DNA of 64,000 bases, taken from the NCBI GenBank assembly GCA_037379345.1, contig CM074516.1, positions 44,491,626-44,555,625 of the forward strand. The letters run 5' to 3'. Of the stretch, positions 1 to 13,949 are shown in pieces. Below the pieces are notes generated by a model. The model ran no database searches, was not told the origin of the DNA, and saw only the letters and a list, made by a program, of their open reading frames with translations. This DNA is from Perna viridis (lineage: Eukaryota). The position numbers and the translations under genes are program-made. How positions within the stretch are numbered: position 1 is the first letter of the stretch; each line of letters starts with the position of its first letter.

Positions 1-3000
1 TGAATGAGTCAATTGGAGAGTTCTTATACTCCATAGAGGCCAAGGCTACTATGCCATTACCTGCACCAATACCATTTGTCAAGTCCAAGTACAGTGTCCG
101 TATCACTAGTGCTGCTGCTGCTGGTAAGGTTCTTGTCTTCAAGTTTAGAAGGCAGTAAAATATAGAAATACCAAAACTTTCTTTAGATCATAACAATAAA
201 ATTGGTACATATTCCAGTTCATTATCTTACTAAAATACATGTGCATCACTTAAATAACTTCAAATCATTTCATAATATACTCTTATTTTGTTCACTGGTA
301 CATCAGAATATAACATATAGTAGAATATCTATATTTCTGAACTGCTATTTTGATTAGTGTGCTATTAACTTTTCAATCATATGAAAGATTGTGCCGTGGA
401 GTAGCAGTTTGTAACTATGGTCTCACTAACCACTTCTAACGTTTCCATTACTTTACATGTTAAAAAAGTAATTTTCAAAGTTTCACTGTGAATTTCCAGG
501 ACAAATGACATCTTAAAGTTGCATACCGTTGCAAAGCTTGGAAAATAAGGCTTCCAAAATCATTATGCTAATGGTACGTGATCCTAGAAATTCTTCACAA
601 AATTTACTTGAATAAATAATACTGAAAATCCACATTTTTACCTGTTCTGCTAACTGACAGCATGGAGGCAAATTACTCACACATGTAAACAATATTCATA
701 CACTATTGTAGTTAATTACATATATGATTTTAAAGTACACATTCTCAGCTTTATTTTGACTACTTTTAATCATAATACACACAAATAATGCACTTACAAT
801 GCATATGTCTAGGTTCAGTGTGTTTTTGGTACTACATAGGGGGTGGCCATTTGACCCCAAAGTGGTTAGTAAGACCTATTAAAACAATGAATTATCTCCC
901 TTGTTATACTATAGGTAGTGGGCGTGGCATGTTTGGAGGAGATGATCGTGTTGTTTACTGGAAGTGTGAAGCTGGCCAAACATTACAGGAAAACCTCCAT
1001 GTACCATTACAGAACAAGGCTAAGGAAAAGGCTCTAATGATGGCTGCACAACAGGTTGGTTCATCATCCTTTACATAGAGCCTCTTAGTTTTCATCTTTA
1101 CAGTTCAACAAATTTTTATATCAATGAAAACAAGCATTTGTGGTGAGAGAAATATCAAACAAAGGCAGCAGTTATTGTACAGATAATTTTTTCTCAACTC
1201 AAATTTTCTTTCACTTTCAATTTAGAAAGTTGCTGGGATAGTTTTGGATACTTGTCAAATTTTCTAATCAATTTTTATAAAGATTAGACCAAAACAGAGA
1301 AACTCAGCTCATTGCAAAGGACTCCATAGGCGACAAATCATGTCAATATCCGATTGGCAGAAATGCAACCCATTCTGCTTTTTTACCTAGAAACATAACA
1401 GCCGACGTTTTAAAATATTTTGATTGAGATAAGATCTCCACTGAATTTGTGTAGTTGTTACTTTTTTCATTTTATTCATGTATTCACTTTGCAAATATTT
1501 TCAATTTGAGGAGTCTTGATCATATTTGATGCTGTTTTGTAAAAGAAAGGATCATATTCATAAACATTGTAATTGCTTTTGCACCACAAGTCTGTTTCTA
1601 GCTATAAGATGAGAAGATGGTCACCTGTAAATTTGCTAACAATTTTTCAGTACATGAGTGATACTGAACTACAGAGAAGACTGGCCACTGGAACACTTCA
1701 CTCTAGCAGTGTTACTTCACAAATCATCACCAAACTAGCAACAGATGCATCACAGTGTGTCACTCAAGCAAAGGTGATTTCCTGCACATGGCATTTCATG
1801 TGTCTTATCAAAACCTCATATTCATTGCAATACATTCATGAGTAAACCTTTGGAAGGGTTTATTGAAATTAAAAAAAAACTTAACATCACAACTTTCTAC
1901 TATTTTTTTTTCGTCAAGACAATGGGAATGATATTTACTGAATAAGTGTATTTCATTCTATTCATGACAAAACCTTGTGCACAATCTAAAAGTATTTCAA
2001 AATCATTTTGAAGCTCATTGAATAAAAGATTCAAAGAAAGTAATTATGTTGTGTATTGTTTTCTTGCAGTCTAAATCTCCACATGGAACAACCTATAGTG
2101 TGGAGGCTGATTCTGACTTCTACACAGTCCAGAAAAAATTACTTGTACCTCCACCCACTAACAGTCCCAGGAAGTCTAGGAGTGCTCCAGTTCTACCTGG
2201 TATGTTTGTTTCTATGCTATTACTATAGGATGTTTTAGGACTTGAGTCCATGTACACTTAACATTGATTTTAATCCCAAAGTGAATAAACAGGTGTAAAA
2301 TATCTGCTGTTTTCGCATAAATCTATAGTATTTTTAAGTTATGAAATATGGTATCTCCTTATTAAAGATTTTTGATACGAATTGAGTACAGTGAAACCTC
2401 TCCAAACCAGACCTTCAGAAAACCGGTCTTCCCTCCAAACCGGCCATTTTCTAAAGTCCCGGCCAATATACATTAAAACCTGTGTGTTTTGTCTTCAATA
2501 GACCGGCTACCCCTAAATATCGTACATCGGTCGTTTTTTTTTCACAGTTTTAGTTACATATTTCAAATAAAAACAACCTCTCGATTCAACAAATTTAATC
2601 CAGACATTACATTTTGTCACTGGTTGGCTGTTAATTGGTTTGTACACACGTCAGGCAACCAGGGTAGTTTAATAGTACGATCTGTACAATCTTTTAACTG
2701 TCAATTAATGTGACCTGTACCCAAAGCCAAAACAACATAGGGGTGAAATTATTAGACTTTGTTGATAGGTAATTTATGAAAACAATACAAATAATTAATT
2801 ACCATCAATATTGATCTTTAATACACATTCTTTCAAAACCGTGAACATTATTTTGTCGGCAGTACCATTTGTAAAATCAAGCTTTGAAATATAATAAAAG
2901 GCAAAAAGTTTTGAATTGGCATTAAATATGCCTTGACCAACAAACTGATAAGGTGTAGGGTTATAGAACACATTAATGGAAACAGCTCTTAGAATGCATT

Positions 3001-6000
3001 TTTCACAAAACCGGCCACCCCTATAAACCGGCCATTTTTTCTTGTCCCAGTGGTGGCTGGTTTGGAGAAGTTTCACTGTATTTTATTTCTATATTGAGTT
3101 ATTTAAGAATAGTTTTATAGATACTAATTTTTATTTTAATAGAAATTTGATACATTGATGAGATCAAATGTACAGATGAATGTTTTATTGCAGGTGGTCT
3201 TAAAGAGCCAACAGTGGAGCTACCTATCAAATTCAAAGCTTCAGAACCTGGTCATTATCCATGTACCATAATACTAACAAGTCCAGAGGATATCCGAGTA
3301 TATAAGGTTGAATGTACTGTCAATCCAGAGGGTAGTACTGCAGAAATCAAGTTCACAGCTCCCGTTCACCAGTCTGTATCACAGGATATACCTATTGTAA
3401 GCTCTACTGATGTATAATGTGCAATATTTATATTTGTATTTATGTTTAGCTTATCCTTCACTTAATATCTTTTCTGTTCTCATTAGTTGTCAGTCTAGCC
3501 AAAATTAGTAATATTAGATAAATGTCACCAAACTTAGCCTTATTTATTGTAACTGAATGTGTTTAGGAGAATATATTCTGTTTCATAAGATAAAACCCTG
3601 ACATTGAGTTATTTCCCTAATTTCTAGGTGAATATGACAAACAGTGACTGGCCGCTGAAGGCTACTATTGAAGGAACAGGTTTCCTGGGACCACCAAGTA
3701 TAGTTGCCAAGGCATATAATACCACTAACTTCCCACTGATCTACAGACCTCAGAATGAGGTTCCTGTTACCGTAAGTATTTTGTCTGGGATAAGCCTGTT
3801 TTTTACAGTTATTTTATTTCATTAACAATATTGTTTATTGAAAACAAAAAAAAATGTTATGATGTACAGTAGTACACTTCTTAAACATTAATGTATGGTA
3901 GTACACTCCTTATACATTAATGTACGGTAGTACACTCCTTATACATTAATGTACGGTAGTACACTCCTTTTACATTTATGTACATAAGTTTGATAATTGT
4001 GACAATTGTTACATGTTTGAAGACATTAATTATATGTACATTCACTTCAATACTAAATGTTTTTACTTATGGTGGTTAGAAAAAAATTATTTTCAGGGTA
4101 AACTGACATTGTCCAACATGGATGATGGTACTGACCATGTATTTTACTTGGAAGGCCAACCAAAGAAACCCCTGGCTCTTGATCACATTATTCTTAAATG
4201 TGAAGCTAAGAAAAGGTAAGACCCCCTGTCTATTAAATGTCTATTCACCCTGTCTATTGCATGTATTAGTCTATTCACCCTGTTTATTACATGTCTTTCT
4301 ACCCTTTCTATTACATGTATTAGTCTTTTCACCCTGTTTATTATATGTCTTTCCACCCTGTCTATTACATGTGTTAGTCTTTCTACCCTGTCTATTACAT
4401 GTATTAGTCTTTTCACCCTGTTTATTACATGTATTAGTCTTTTCACCCTGTTTATTATATGTCTTTCCACCCTGTCTGTTACATGTGTTAGTCTTTCTAC
4501 CCTGTCTATTACATGTGTTAGTCTTTCCACCCTGTCTATTACATGTATTAGTCTTTTCACCCTGTTTATTACATGTCTTTCCACCCTGTCTATTACATGT
4601 ATTAGTCTTTTCACCCTGTCTATTACATGTGTTAGTCTTTCTACCCTATTACATGTATTAGTCTTTTCACCCTGTCTATTACATGTATTAGTCTTTTCAC
4701 CCTGTTTATTATATGTCTTTCCACCCTGTCTATTACATGTGTTAGTCTTTCTACCCTGTCTATTACATGTATTAGTCTTTTCACCCTGTTTATTACATGT
4801 ATTAGTCTTTTCACCCTGTTTATTATATGTCTTTCCACCCTGTCTGTTACATGTGTTAGTCTTTCTACCCTGTCTATTACATGTGTTAGTCTTTCCACCC
4901 TGTCTATTACATGTATTAGTCTTTTCACCCTGTCTATTACATGTGTTAGTCTTTCTACCCTATTACATGTATTAGTCTTTTCACCCTGTTTATTACATGT
5001 ATTAGTCTTTTCACCCTGTTTATTATATGTCTTTCCACCCTGTCTATTACATGTGTTAGTCTTTCTACCCTGTCTATTACATGTGTTAGTCTTTCCACCC
5101 TGTCTATTACATGTATTAGTCTTTTCACCCTGTTTATTACATGTCTTTCCACCCTGTCTATTACATGTATTAGTCTTTTCACCCTGTCTATTACATGTGT
5201 TAGTCTTTCCACCCTGTCTATTACATGTATTAGTCTTTTCACCCTGTTTATTACATGTCTTTCCACCCTGTCTATTACATGTATTAGTCTTTTCACCCTG
5301 TCTATTACCTGTGTTAGTCTTTTCACCCTGTCTATTACCTGTATTAGGACAGATTTTTGAAGATCTTTGCCATTTGTATAAATGTTTTTTAAATATTGTT
5401 GTAATATTTCTTCTCAAAAATTGTAGTGACTTAAATTTGTTATATGAAGATTTTTCACTATATAACACCAATAAAAATTTTTGCACTTTTATTTTAAAGT
5501 TACAGACTATAAAGGACATGAATGTGACATGATGTAATTTGAGGAAGAAGTGAATTCCTATCAAATGTTTTTTCAACATGATTGTAATATTAATGACAGA
5601 GAATACCCATTACTTGCCCTGGTGTGAATCAAGGTTTATTTTGTTTAACATGAGAGATGACTCTTCTTATTGTATAATTTTAGTGCCACCTGTCAGCTGA
5701 CCATTCCTAATGTTACTAAGAAGAAACTGTGCTATAAGGTAAGTTTTATTAACATGGTTAAAAGGGATGTACCATAATTAAAGCACTATTAATTCGACTA
5801 TTTATTCACTTGTCAAACAATATAGTTTGTTGCCATGTACAGTACTTCAAAGGTTAATACAATGCTGGATTTAAACCTGTGAACTGGATTGAAATGGACA
5901 TACTCATGGAAGTATGCTACTACACAATATAGTTTTCTCTTTATCTGTATAAAATTACTCTTGTGACATTACCTTAGCTCATCTATAACTATTACAAGTA

Positions 6001-9000
6001 ACCCGCTGGGGCGAAAATGAATAAGACAACACATCTTATCATTCCATTGCAATCTGGGGGAGGTTAAACTGCAGTTTTGTTGTACTCCAAATCTTACATA
6101 TTAGAGGCTCAAGGTGTACTTTAATATTCGACTGGTAGTTTACTTATATCATTTTACTGTAATAGGTTGAGTCCGACATACCATTTGTAAGTGGAAATGT
6201 CTCCATAACAATCCTACCAGGGAAGACAGGAACATACACAATGGATATACTACCAACAAGGAAGGGAGTGTATAAAGGGATTATTGCATTTATTGCTGGA
6301 AAGAATCCTATAGTGTTAGTATTTATAACAATCAACAACTGATTCCTATACAATATGTTGTTTAATATTATACCATGAAATATGTGAGATAATTTATAGT
6401 TGCCAAACCTATGTTTGAATTTTTTTTTTTTTGTTGTTCAAAGAACATAAATAGTCTTTTTTAACCTTTCAGAAAGAAGGACATGTTTTATGAAAAAAGG
6501 ATTTTCTGGTGTACTTACTTCAGCCACTTTGTTCATTTTAAAAAATTCAAAAGTTAGTATATTGTATACTGCATGTTTTGATAGTGAAGTGGATAGGATA
6601 AAGAATAATTTCTGTGTCCTATTTCAGTGAGATTGACAGTGATGGAGATGAGATACCAGATGATGATGACGAGGAGAGTAGGTTATACTATGGTTACCGA
6701 GTGTGGTACTCACTGGAGATCCAAGTCAAATCATCTCCACCGGAGAGAATAATGACTGTAGAGTGTGCTTGTCATGTAAGGAGTTGTCATTGTTATAGAG
6801 ATTTCTATTAGTTGTCTTAGTTTTACTTTCAATTCTGATTTTTTACACCCTCATTGTATTTAATGGAGGCCAGACTGCTAAATATTATGTCTGTCTGTTC
6901 ATACATTCCTAACAGATTTCAAAGTTTCTACTAGACAAAATGATTTTATATTCATTGTGAATTGCTTTAGCATGGCAATATGAATGGTGTCTCCCCTTTT
7001 TGGTGCAGTGTAATTTAGAAGTTTTCATGTTTACTAGTTCTAAGTCAGAGGAACATGAGAATGCATGGACTTACTCTTTTGTTTTTAATTTAGATACATG
7101 TGTATTGTTGTGACTATCACTGTGATTTATTATTTTTCATCTACTGAAGAAAACCAATAATATTGTACACATGTATATGTAAAGAAGTGTGTAAGAAGAG
7201 TACACAATTAATTTCATCTTAACAGCAAACACCAGAAACAACAAATTCAATGGTTATAGAACATTTTCAAATATTTCTATTATTTAAATTTACCTTGCTT
7301 TACAGAAAAAAGCTTTACTGGAGGTGATAGTTAGAAATCCAACGCCCCAGGTAGTCAAACTAGATGTTAATATTGAAGGAAGAGATTTGACAGGTGCATC
7401 ATCAATAACATTAGGTGCAGGTGAAAAAGATGTGTATACCCTCACCTATGCTCCTGCTGTTATAGGAGATCACAAGGGAAAGTATGTATACTAGAGTTAG
7501 CAAATTGAATGGAACATTTTGAAATAGTCTTCAACACATGAAATAATGTATACAAATTATTATAGTTTATTGTTATGACCATTTATACCTTCCTAGGAGT
7601 GATAGGACTACAAAATGAGGATAATTTTTCTCCATGTCTCCACATTAAATTGGTTATGTCAGGTTTTTACATCTGAATTTTTTCCTGATTAATCTTTAGC
7701 TCAAGAAATGTCATTTCCCATCATTTTCTCCCAGTTTCTTGGTTTGTCTTATTCATTATCTAATGAATACATATCTTTGTATTTCAGATTAGTATTTTTC
7801 CATGAGAGTACAGGAGAGTTTTGGTATGACTTGAGACTTCATGCTGATCCACCACCTCAGACCACACTTACACACATGGAATGTGATCTTGGAAGGTATG
7901 TAGTAAGGGGGACATCTGTCCACACTTACACTCATGGAAAATGATCTTGGTGAGTACTAAGTGGACATCAGTCCACACTTACACTCATGGAATATGATCT
8001 TGGAAGGTATGTAGTTGGGGGGGGCATCAGTCCACACTTACACACATGGAATGTGATCTTGGTGAGTACTAAGTGGACATCAGTCCACACTTACATACAT
8101 AGAATGTGATCTTGGTGAGTACTAGGGGGACATTCATCCACACTTACACACATGGAATGTGATCTTGGTAAGTACTAGGATAACCATCCACCCCTACACT
8201 CATGCAATGTGACCTTGGTGAGTACTAGGGGGACATCAGTCCACACTTACACATGGAATGTGATCTTGGTGAGAACTAGGGGGACATCTGTCCACACTTA
8301 CACTCATGAAATATGATCTTGGTAAGTACTAGGAGGACATCAGTCCACACTTACACTCATGGAATGGGATCTTGGTGAGTACTAGGAGGACATCAGTCCA
8401 CACTTACACTCATGGAGTTTGATCTTGGTGAGTACAAGGGGGACATCCATCCACACTTAAACTCATGGAATGAGATCATGGATGGTGAGTTTAAGGGGGA
8501 CATCAGTCCACTCTTACACACATTGAATGTGATATTTAAATTTTTGGGTTTCATATTAAAAACAAAGGAATCATTATTATTTTATTGACATTAACTTTTT
8601 ACTTTGTCATTGTTGCTAGATTCAGATACCAAATTTTTTTCCAATTATATTAGATAATTTTAAAGTTTAAGAAATATTGTCTTGAGTACTATACAGTAGT
8701 TTGTTGCTGTGGGTTAAATAGCATTTAAATCATAGAAAAGAAATATCAGTACAAATGTTAAGATATCTAATGTTATTAACTTTTTTCCTAAAATATGAAA
8801 TATTGATGTATTAAATGTGTACAATTCAGGTGGACACAACAAGTAATCCAGTTGGACAATCCTACCGATGAATTGTTAGAATTGATTCCCACTGTATCTA
8901 ACACTAACAACTTCTCACTGGACAATGAGAGACCATTAGTCCTCAGACCACATTGTCACATAGAAGTCCCTATACACTTCATGCCATCAACCTTAGGACA

Positions 9001-12000
9001 AGGTGACCACATCGCAAGGATAATATTCAACTGCCAACAGGTATTTATACAGTTACAACCTTACTCCATGACTAGAAAACCAGACATTTTTTGCTCCAAC
9101 TTAAATTGATACAGCAATATCATAAAATACTCAAAGAAATAATTATTCTAGAATTATCATCATAGGAACTAGTCAGACATTATGAAGACCCATGCATTTG
9201 TAATTACTTGCTAAGAATGGAAGAAATTGTAATCTGTTGCAGTATTGTGGAGTATTGTATACTTTATAAAATTTGTAAGCTTTATTTTTTTTTTCTAGCT
9301 GGGAGAATGGATATTTGTGGCTACTGGTACCGGATTGTTACCCCAGCCTCAGGATCCAGTCAGTGTGTACACAGAGGCTGGCTCCAATACAACACTAATT
9401 ATACCATTCCGTAATCCTATGGACCATCCAGTATTAGTAGATGTACACCTTAAAGGTAATGTTAACAGGCTTAGGAATTTAGGGAGACAAGCTTTGAAAT
9501 GCATTGTAGAAAATATTATAATCATGTTAAGGCCATAGATAGAATAACTTTCCAAATTTTGGGAAGTTGTTTTACACAATGATACATAGTCACATCTACT
9601 TAAAAGTGCATTTTGTTGGAATGACTTATTTTTCACATTTAATAGAAACAAATATGTTTATTTGGCCTTAATGTGATGATTTATGTGTGTTATTCCCGCA
9701 AGAGTCCAACATACTAAATTCCAGAGCTTTAAGTAGCTGTCTTCGTAAGAATCATGCAAAATCTGAAAAATGGGATACACCCCCAAAAAGGCTACATATT
9801 TTTATTTTTGTAATGAAGTTGTTTTATGGGTCTATACTATGAAATGTGTAATTATTCATTCCAATCTGCCTGCTCTTAGGAGATAATCAGCATTGAAATT
9901 CCAATAGATTCTTTTGTATTTGAGTGTCATTTACAGAATTATCTCCATTAATTTTGAAATCTACTGTGTATTCTATATAATTTTTATCTCTTAAGAGCAT
10001 GGGTTATATGAAAAATCGAATGTTAATTTCTGTTTACTATGGCATTTCAAACAAAATATAAAAAATAAAAATATGTAGGCTTTTCACCCATGAATCACAT
10101 TTTGCATGATTCTTAGCTGGAGTGCTACTTAAATTGTGTATTCCTCCTTTGTCACTTAACAAGCTTGGAATCTTTAAATACAATTCAATAATTATTTTTG
10201 TATTTTGTTTTGCAGATAACAATGCCCAACTTGAGAAGATAGTCAATGGATACACAACAACAGAAACTGCCTTCTGTCTCTTGTTGAAGCACATGAACAA
10301 TATCAGAGTGGCTCCAAAGTCCACACTGGATATCCCAGTATGCTTTGCACCAACAGAGATGACACAGTATGAAGCTCTGTGTACAGTTATTGTTAGGAAG
10401 GAAGATGAAGGGAAATGGATGTATTGCCCTAAAGACAGCAGAGGGTAGGTTTGTCTGGGGGTTATACATTAGATGAGAGAATTAGACAAGATGATACAAA
10501 TTATTGTTGGTTATGTGATTTATATTTTGAAAACAATCCTTTTTTCTAAAAAAAAAATGTTGTTGGGTTAAAATGAATTATAGTAAGGCATTTCTTAGAT
10601 GAAGTTGATTTATTTTCTACTTTTATTTTTAATGTTGTGGTTGGGTTAACAATGTTTTAAAATTTGAATAAATGATTTCAGTTTTTTATTCAGATAATTA
10701 CACTAACATAACAAGTTTCTGTATACTGATAATTGACTACCAGATTAAGTTCTGTTTTATACATTTTTCAATTTTAAAATGAGCATAAAAGTATCTTATT
10801 TGTATTAACAGGCACCCAGTATCTAAGACAGGATATGATGGTTTGACAGAAATAAGATGGCTCTACCCAATACAAGGGGTACCAGAATCTAAACCTGTCA
10901 AAGACACAACAGGGGCTGTCATAGAGTGTAAAGCTCGGGATCGTGTGGAGGAGAGACTAGAGGTCACTCTTGCTGGAGTGGCTCCTGCTGCTTCTGGTCC
11001 TCAAAAAAGCATAAAGACAAGAGCCATAACTCCAAAAGGTCAAAGTCCAAATGTTCCTGATGGAATTGTTGTTGGAGAAAGTAAGTATTATCAGCCAAAA
11101 CTACAACAGTACTAAAGTATAGAAAAGAAAATTTATTGCTTTCAAAGGTATTTGTTCTTTCATTTGTTCAAGATATTTTATTGTTTAGGTTGGTGTAGGT
11201 CCTTCAAAGGTATGCTTTCATCAGAATAAAGGAAAAAAATGATAGGGGTCTAATTAAAAAACAACTAAGCTGCTGAATAGTATATATCATTGTGTATGAC
11301 TTAGTTAGATTAGTATGTGGCATAAAATAGATGTACTTTTTGTTAGAAGAAATTGACACTTCTGGAAGATATGCTCCTCCTGACAGTAAGCTTTACACAC
11401 AGACAATGCATGATAAAACTTATTGCATGCTTTTATTAATAAGATTATTACTGCATGGAACTATGCCAGAATTTTGTATTAAACTGAAAATCGAAGTTAA
11501 TTCTTTAGCATAATAAAGTTTTCTTTGTAATTTCTCTTTTTTTCTTTGTGAAAAATCATTGAAGTCTACCAGTACTGGTAGTCAAAACTTTTTAAGCTTC
11601 ATTATTGAACTACTTTAGGAGGCTAACTAACTAAATAATGCATGATTCTATACAATTTGAAATATGATGTCATAAAAATGCATGAATGTATACTTAACAC
11701 TGCATAACCAGGAAAGCAAGTTATAAAGTATATATCGCAATTTTTTCGCAGTCGAGAAAGGATGGTGTCTCTGACACATTTCCTATTGTTGTTTGATGTT
11801 ATTTTTCCATTGAACAAAAATCATCAAAAGTTAATACTGGTATATTATATATATTTTTTTTCCATTAAGGAAATATATGTATTATAGTCATTGTGGCTTA
11901 AAATTGCATTGTAAAAATATAAGGATGGATATTAAATGATTTTTTTTAACCAGTCATTTGGTTTTTTTTAGATCTTTTGAATGAAGAAATGTACAATTGT

Positions 12001-13934
12001 TAACTGGTGATGTTTACTTGTGTGGTATTTAATATTTCGATGGTAGCCATATTGATTTATTTAATTTTCCAGCCCTAGCCACAGCAGAAGAGTTTACATA
12101 TGATATTAAATATTTGGATGGTGATGCTGTGAGTAATCTACAGAACTCTGTTGCTCTTTCACTGGTTAGGATACAGAGAGAAACCTCCTCAGGACTTGTT
12201 ATACTGGTGTTTAATACTGTCTTTGCTCCTTTCAAACCTATGAGGTAAATTTGTTATGGTCTGATAAATCATTTTCATTCAAGAATTGGTGAATGGTCAT
12301 TTTTTATAACGGATTTAATCTTGGTAAAGTAAAGACATCTGTGATCCACATAGAAAATTACCATACTGGGAAAAAATCAGGGAGAAGAAAGCACTTTTTT
12401 GTAAGCAGGCTAACTCTGAATTTTAAGAGCTCACTTAATACAAGTTATGTAAATATTTAATTCATGTAATTGAAATGAGCCTGTTCTGTGGTTTATATAA
12501 AAATTTTAATGTAGCTGATGTTTTTAGAGAAAAAAGACAGTCAGGGCTAATATTAATACATTGTACATGTATAATATTTCTTCATGTTCATCTGAAGGGC
12601 AGAGAGCAGTCAAAAGGGAAAAGGGGTATGATTGAAGTAAACAATTGTTCTAGAGCGCATTATTTGGTCACCATCCTCCATTTTCAAATATTCAAAGGCC
12701 CATAACTCTGAAACAAAATATTTAAAAAAAAAATGAATAGGGTATCATTTAATGTAGATAATTATAATACATGTACCAAAAATACATGTTGATCCTATGT
12801 AAAATAATCAACCAAATTTACTCCATTATACAGCCACAGTGTAGAGTTACAAGTGAGAGCTGCCACAGGAGGACTTTGGAAGTTCCCTCTGAAGTTTGTT
12901 GCCACAGAGCCACAAGTAGATGACACTATCATAATAGAGGCTACAGGACTTGGTAAAGAATCCAGTGTAGGCTTTAGACTGACTAGTCAGGTCAAGTAAG
13001 TACTGTACACAACATAAGGACGAGACAACAGTGTTTATTCAATTTTGTAACTTTGTTTGCCCGTCTTGGATACAACTCTTACAAGTGACTGACATTCATT
13101 TCTACATACTCCAAGTGAGTGTTACCAGTAATAAAACATGAGTTTTTTAATACCTGGTTATTATGGCATTACTATTGGTTTATTCTTTTTTTTGCATTTC
13201 AGATATCCAGTATGTTACAATGCATACTTTGCTGCAGGTAGTGATCCTGAGTTTGGTGTTTCCCCACAGACTGGAGAATTGTTACCACAAGGATCTAATG
13301 GTACTCTCCTCAAGATTAACTTCTTACCTAATGTATATGGTAAACTCTACCAAGCCAAACTAATTGTACAGGTATATAATTTTATATTTAAGTATGGTAT
13401 TTGTCAGAAACTTTTGAGCTTTATTTTTTTTTTCAAGAACTTAGTCAAGCTTTCTGAGTTTGATTAGATCTTTGTTTTTGTTTTTTTCTCACATTGCAAA
13501 ATAATTGCAAGAGGAGGTGGATAAAAGTAGATAGTCCATAAGGCATTCGATTATGTTGAGAAAAGTAGATAGTCCATAAGGCATTTGAATATGTTGAAAA
13601 CTAGATGCTTCCTTAATATGTTCATTTTTACTTAGTTTACATCTTGAAATGGTTAGAAAAAAATTGAATTGTTTTTTTTTTTGTTTATATTTGATTCCTA
13701 TGTTTTTTTTCTCAGACAAATGATATGCAATGGAGTTACAATGTGAAGGGAACAATCCCTGATTATATACCTCCTAGAGGCAGGTCATCCCAACCCATCG
13801 CAGGACCACACCCTGACCCTAGGATACGAGGGGAGAGAATCAGTTATGTCCGACAGAACCTTAAACTTTCAACTACAGCCGCCTCTTCTCCTATTAAAGG
13901 AGCACCACTTATTCAGAGGTTAAAATACCCCTAG
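1..13934 (+). CDS. CFAP47: Cilia- and flagella-associated protein 47 (CFAP47-like), 3' portion; 20 exons, 5' end outside the window
   Basis: Hand-spliced exons, all GT-AG with phases consistent across all 19 introns: <1-123, 915-1054, 1651-1773, 2070-2199, 3194-3396, 3628-3771, 4097-4215, 5684-5738, 6166-6314, 6628-6775, 7306-7481, 7788-7895, 8830-9040, 9299-9455, 10216-10444, 10812-11080, 12073-12244, 12834-12995, 13203-13371, 13716-13934 (TAG). The C-terminal peptide (GGLWKFPLKFVATEPQVDDTIIIEATGLGKESSVGFRLTSQ...AYFAAGSDPEFGVSPQTGELLP...YQAKLIVQTNDMQWSY) resembles the CFAP47 C-terminus as I recall it, with repeated ASH/Ig-like beta-rich segments. Confidence 0.88.
2389..3078. mobile_element. 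Non-autonomous Tc1/mariner (pogo/Tigger-like) MITE, 690 bp, in a CFAP47 intron
   Basis: Terminal inverted repeats CAGTGAAACCTCTCCAAACCAG ... CTGGTTTGGAGAAGTTTCACTG (one mismatch), flanked by TA on both sides. Subterminal AAACCGGCC repeats; no transposase ORF. Confidence 0.88.
3868..3984. repeat. Short tandem repeat, about 4 copies of a 29-31 bp unit (GTAGTACACTCCTTATACATTAATGTACG)
   Basis: Directly visible units in a CFAP47 intron. Confidence 0.8.
4222..5346. repeat. Intronic minisatellite, 30-bp unit (CACCCTGTCTATTACATGTATTAGTCTTTT) with 24-bp variants, about 40 copies
   Basis: Directly visible. Starts 6 nt after the exon donor at 4216. It generates the spurious repetitive ORFs 4122-4661, 4183-4614, 4641-5579, 4739-4975, 4955-5326 and 5053-5532. 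Confidence 0.95.
7862..8533 (+). repeat. Minisatellite of about 13 x 53-59 bp units derived from a CFAP47 exon end plus its 5' splice site
   Basis: Unit CCACACTTACACACATGGAATGTGATCTTG(GAAG)GTRWGTAC...GGACATCAGT. The first unit overlaps coding exon 7788-7895. Confidence 0.95.
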
Positions 13935-13943
13935 GATTCTATT

Positions 13944-13949
13944 AATAAA
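13944..13949 (+). terminator. Candidate polyadenylation signal AATAAA of CFAP47
   Basis: AATAAA 10 nt after the stop codon. Longer UTRs are also possible (ATTAAA near 14305). Confidence 0.35.

Noticed and set aside
4122-5579. Long repetitive ORFs on both strands (PCLLHVLVFS, VKRLIHVIDR, NTCNRQGEKT repeats)
   Set aside because: They are translations of a 30/24-bp intronic minisatellite whose unit lengths are multiples of 3. CFAP47 splices across it in phase.
7862-8533. CRISPR-like repeat array
   Set aside because: Units are contiguous tandem copies without unique spacers, in a eukaryotic intron with no cas genes.
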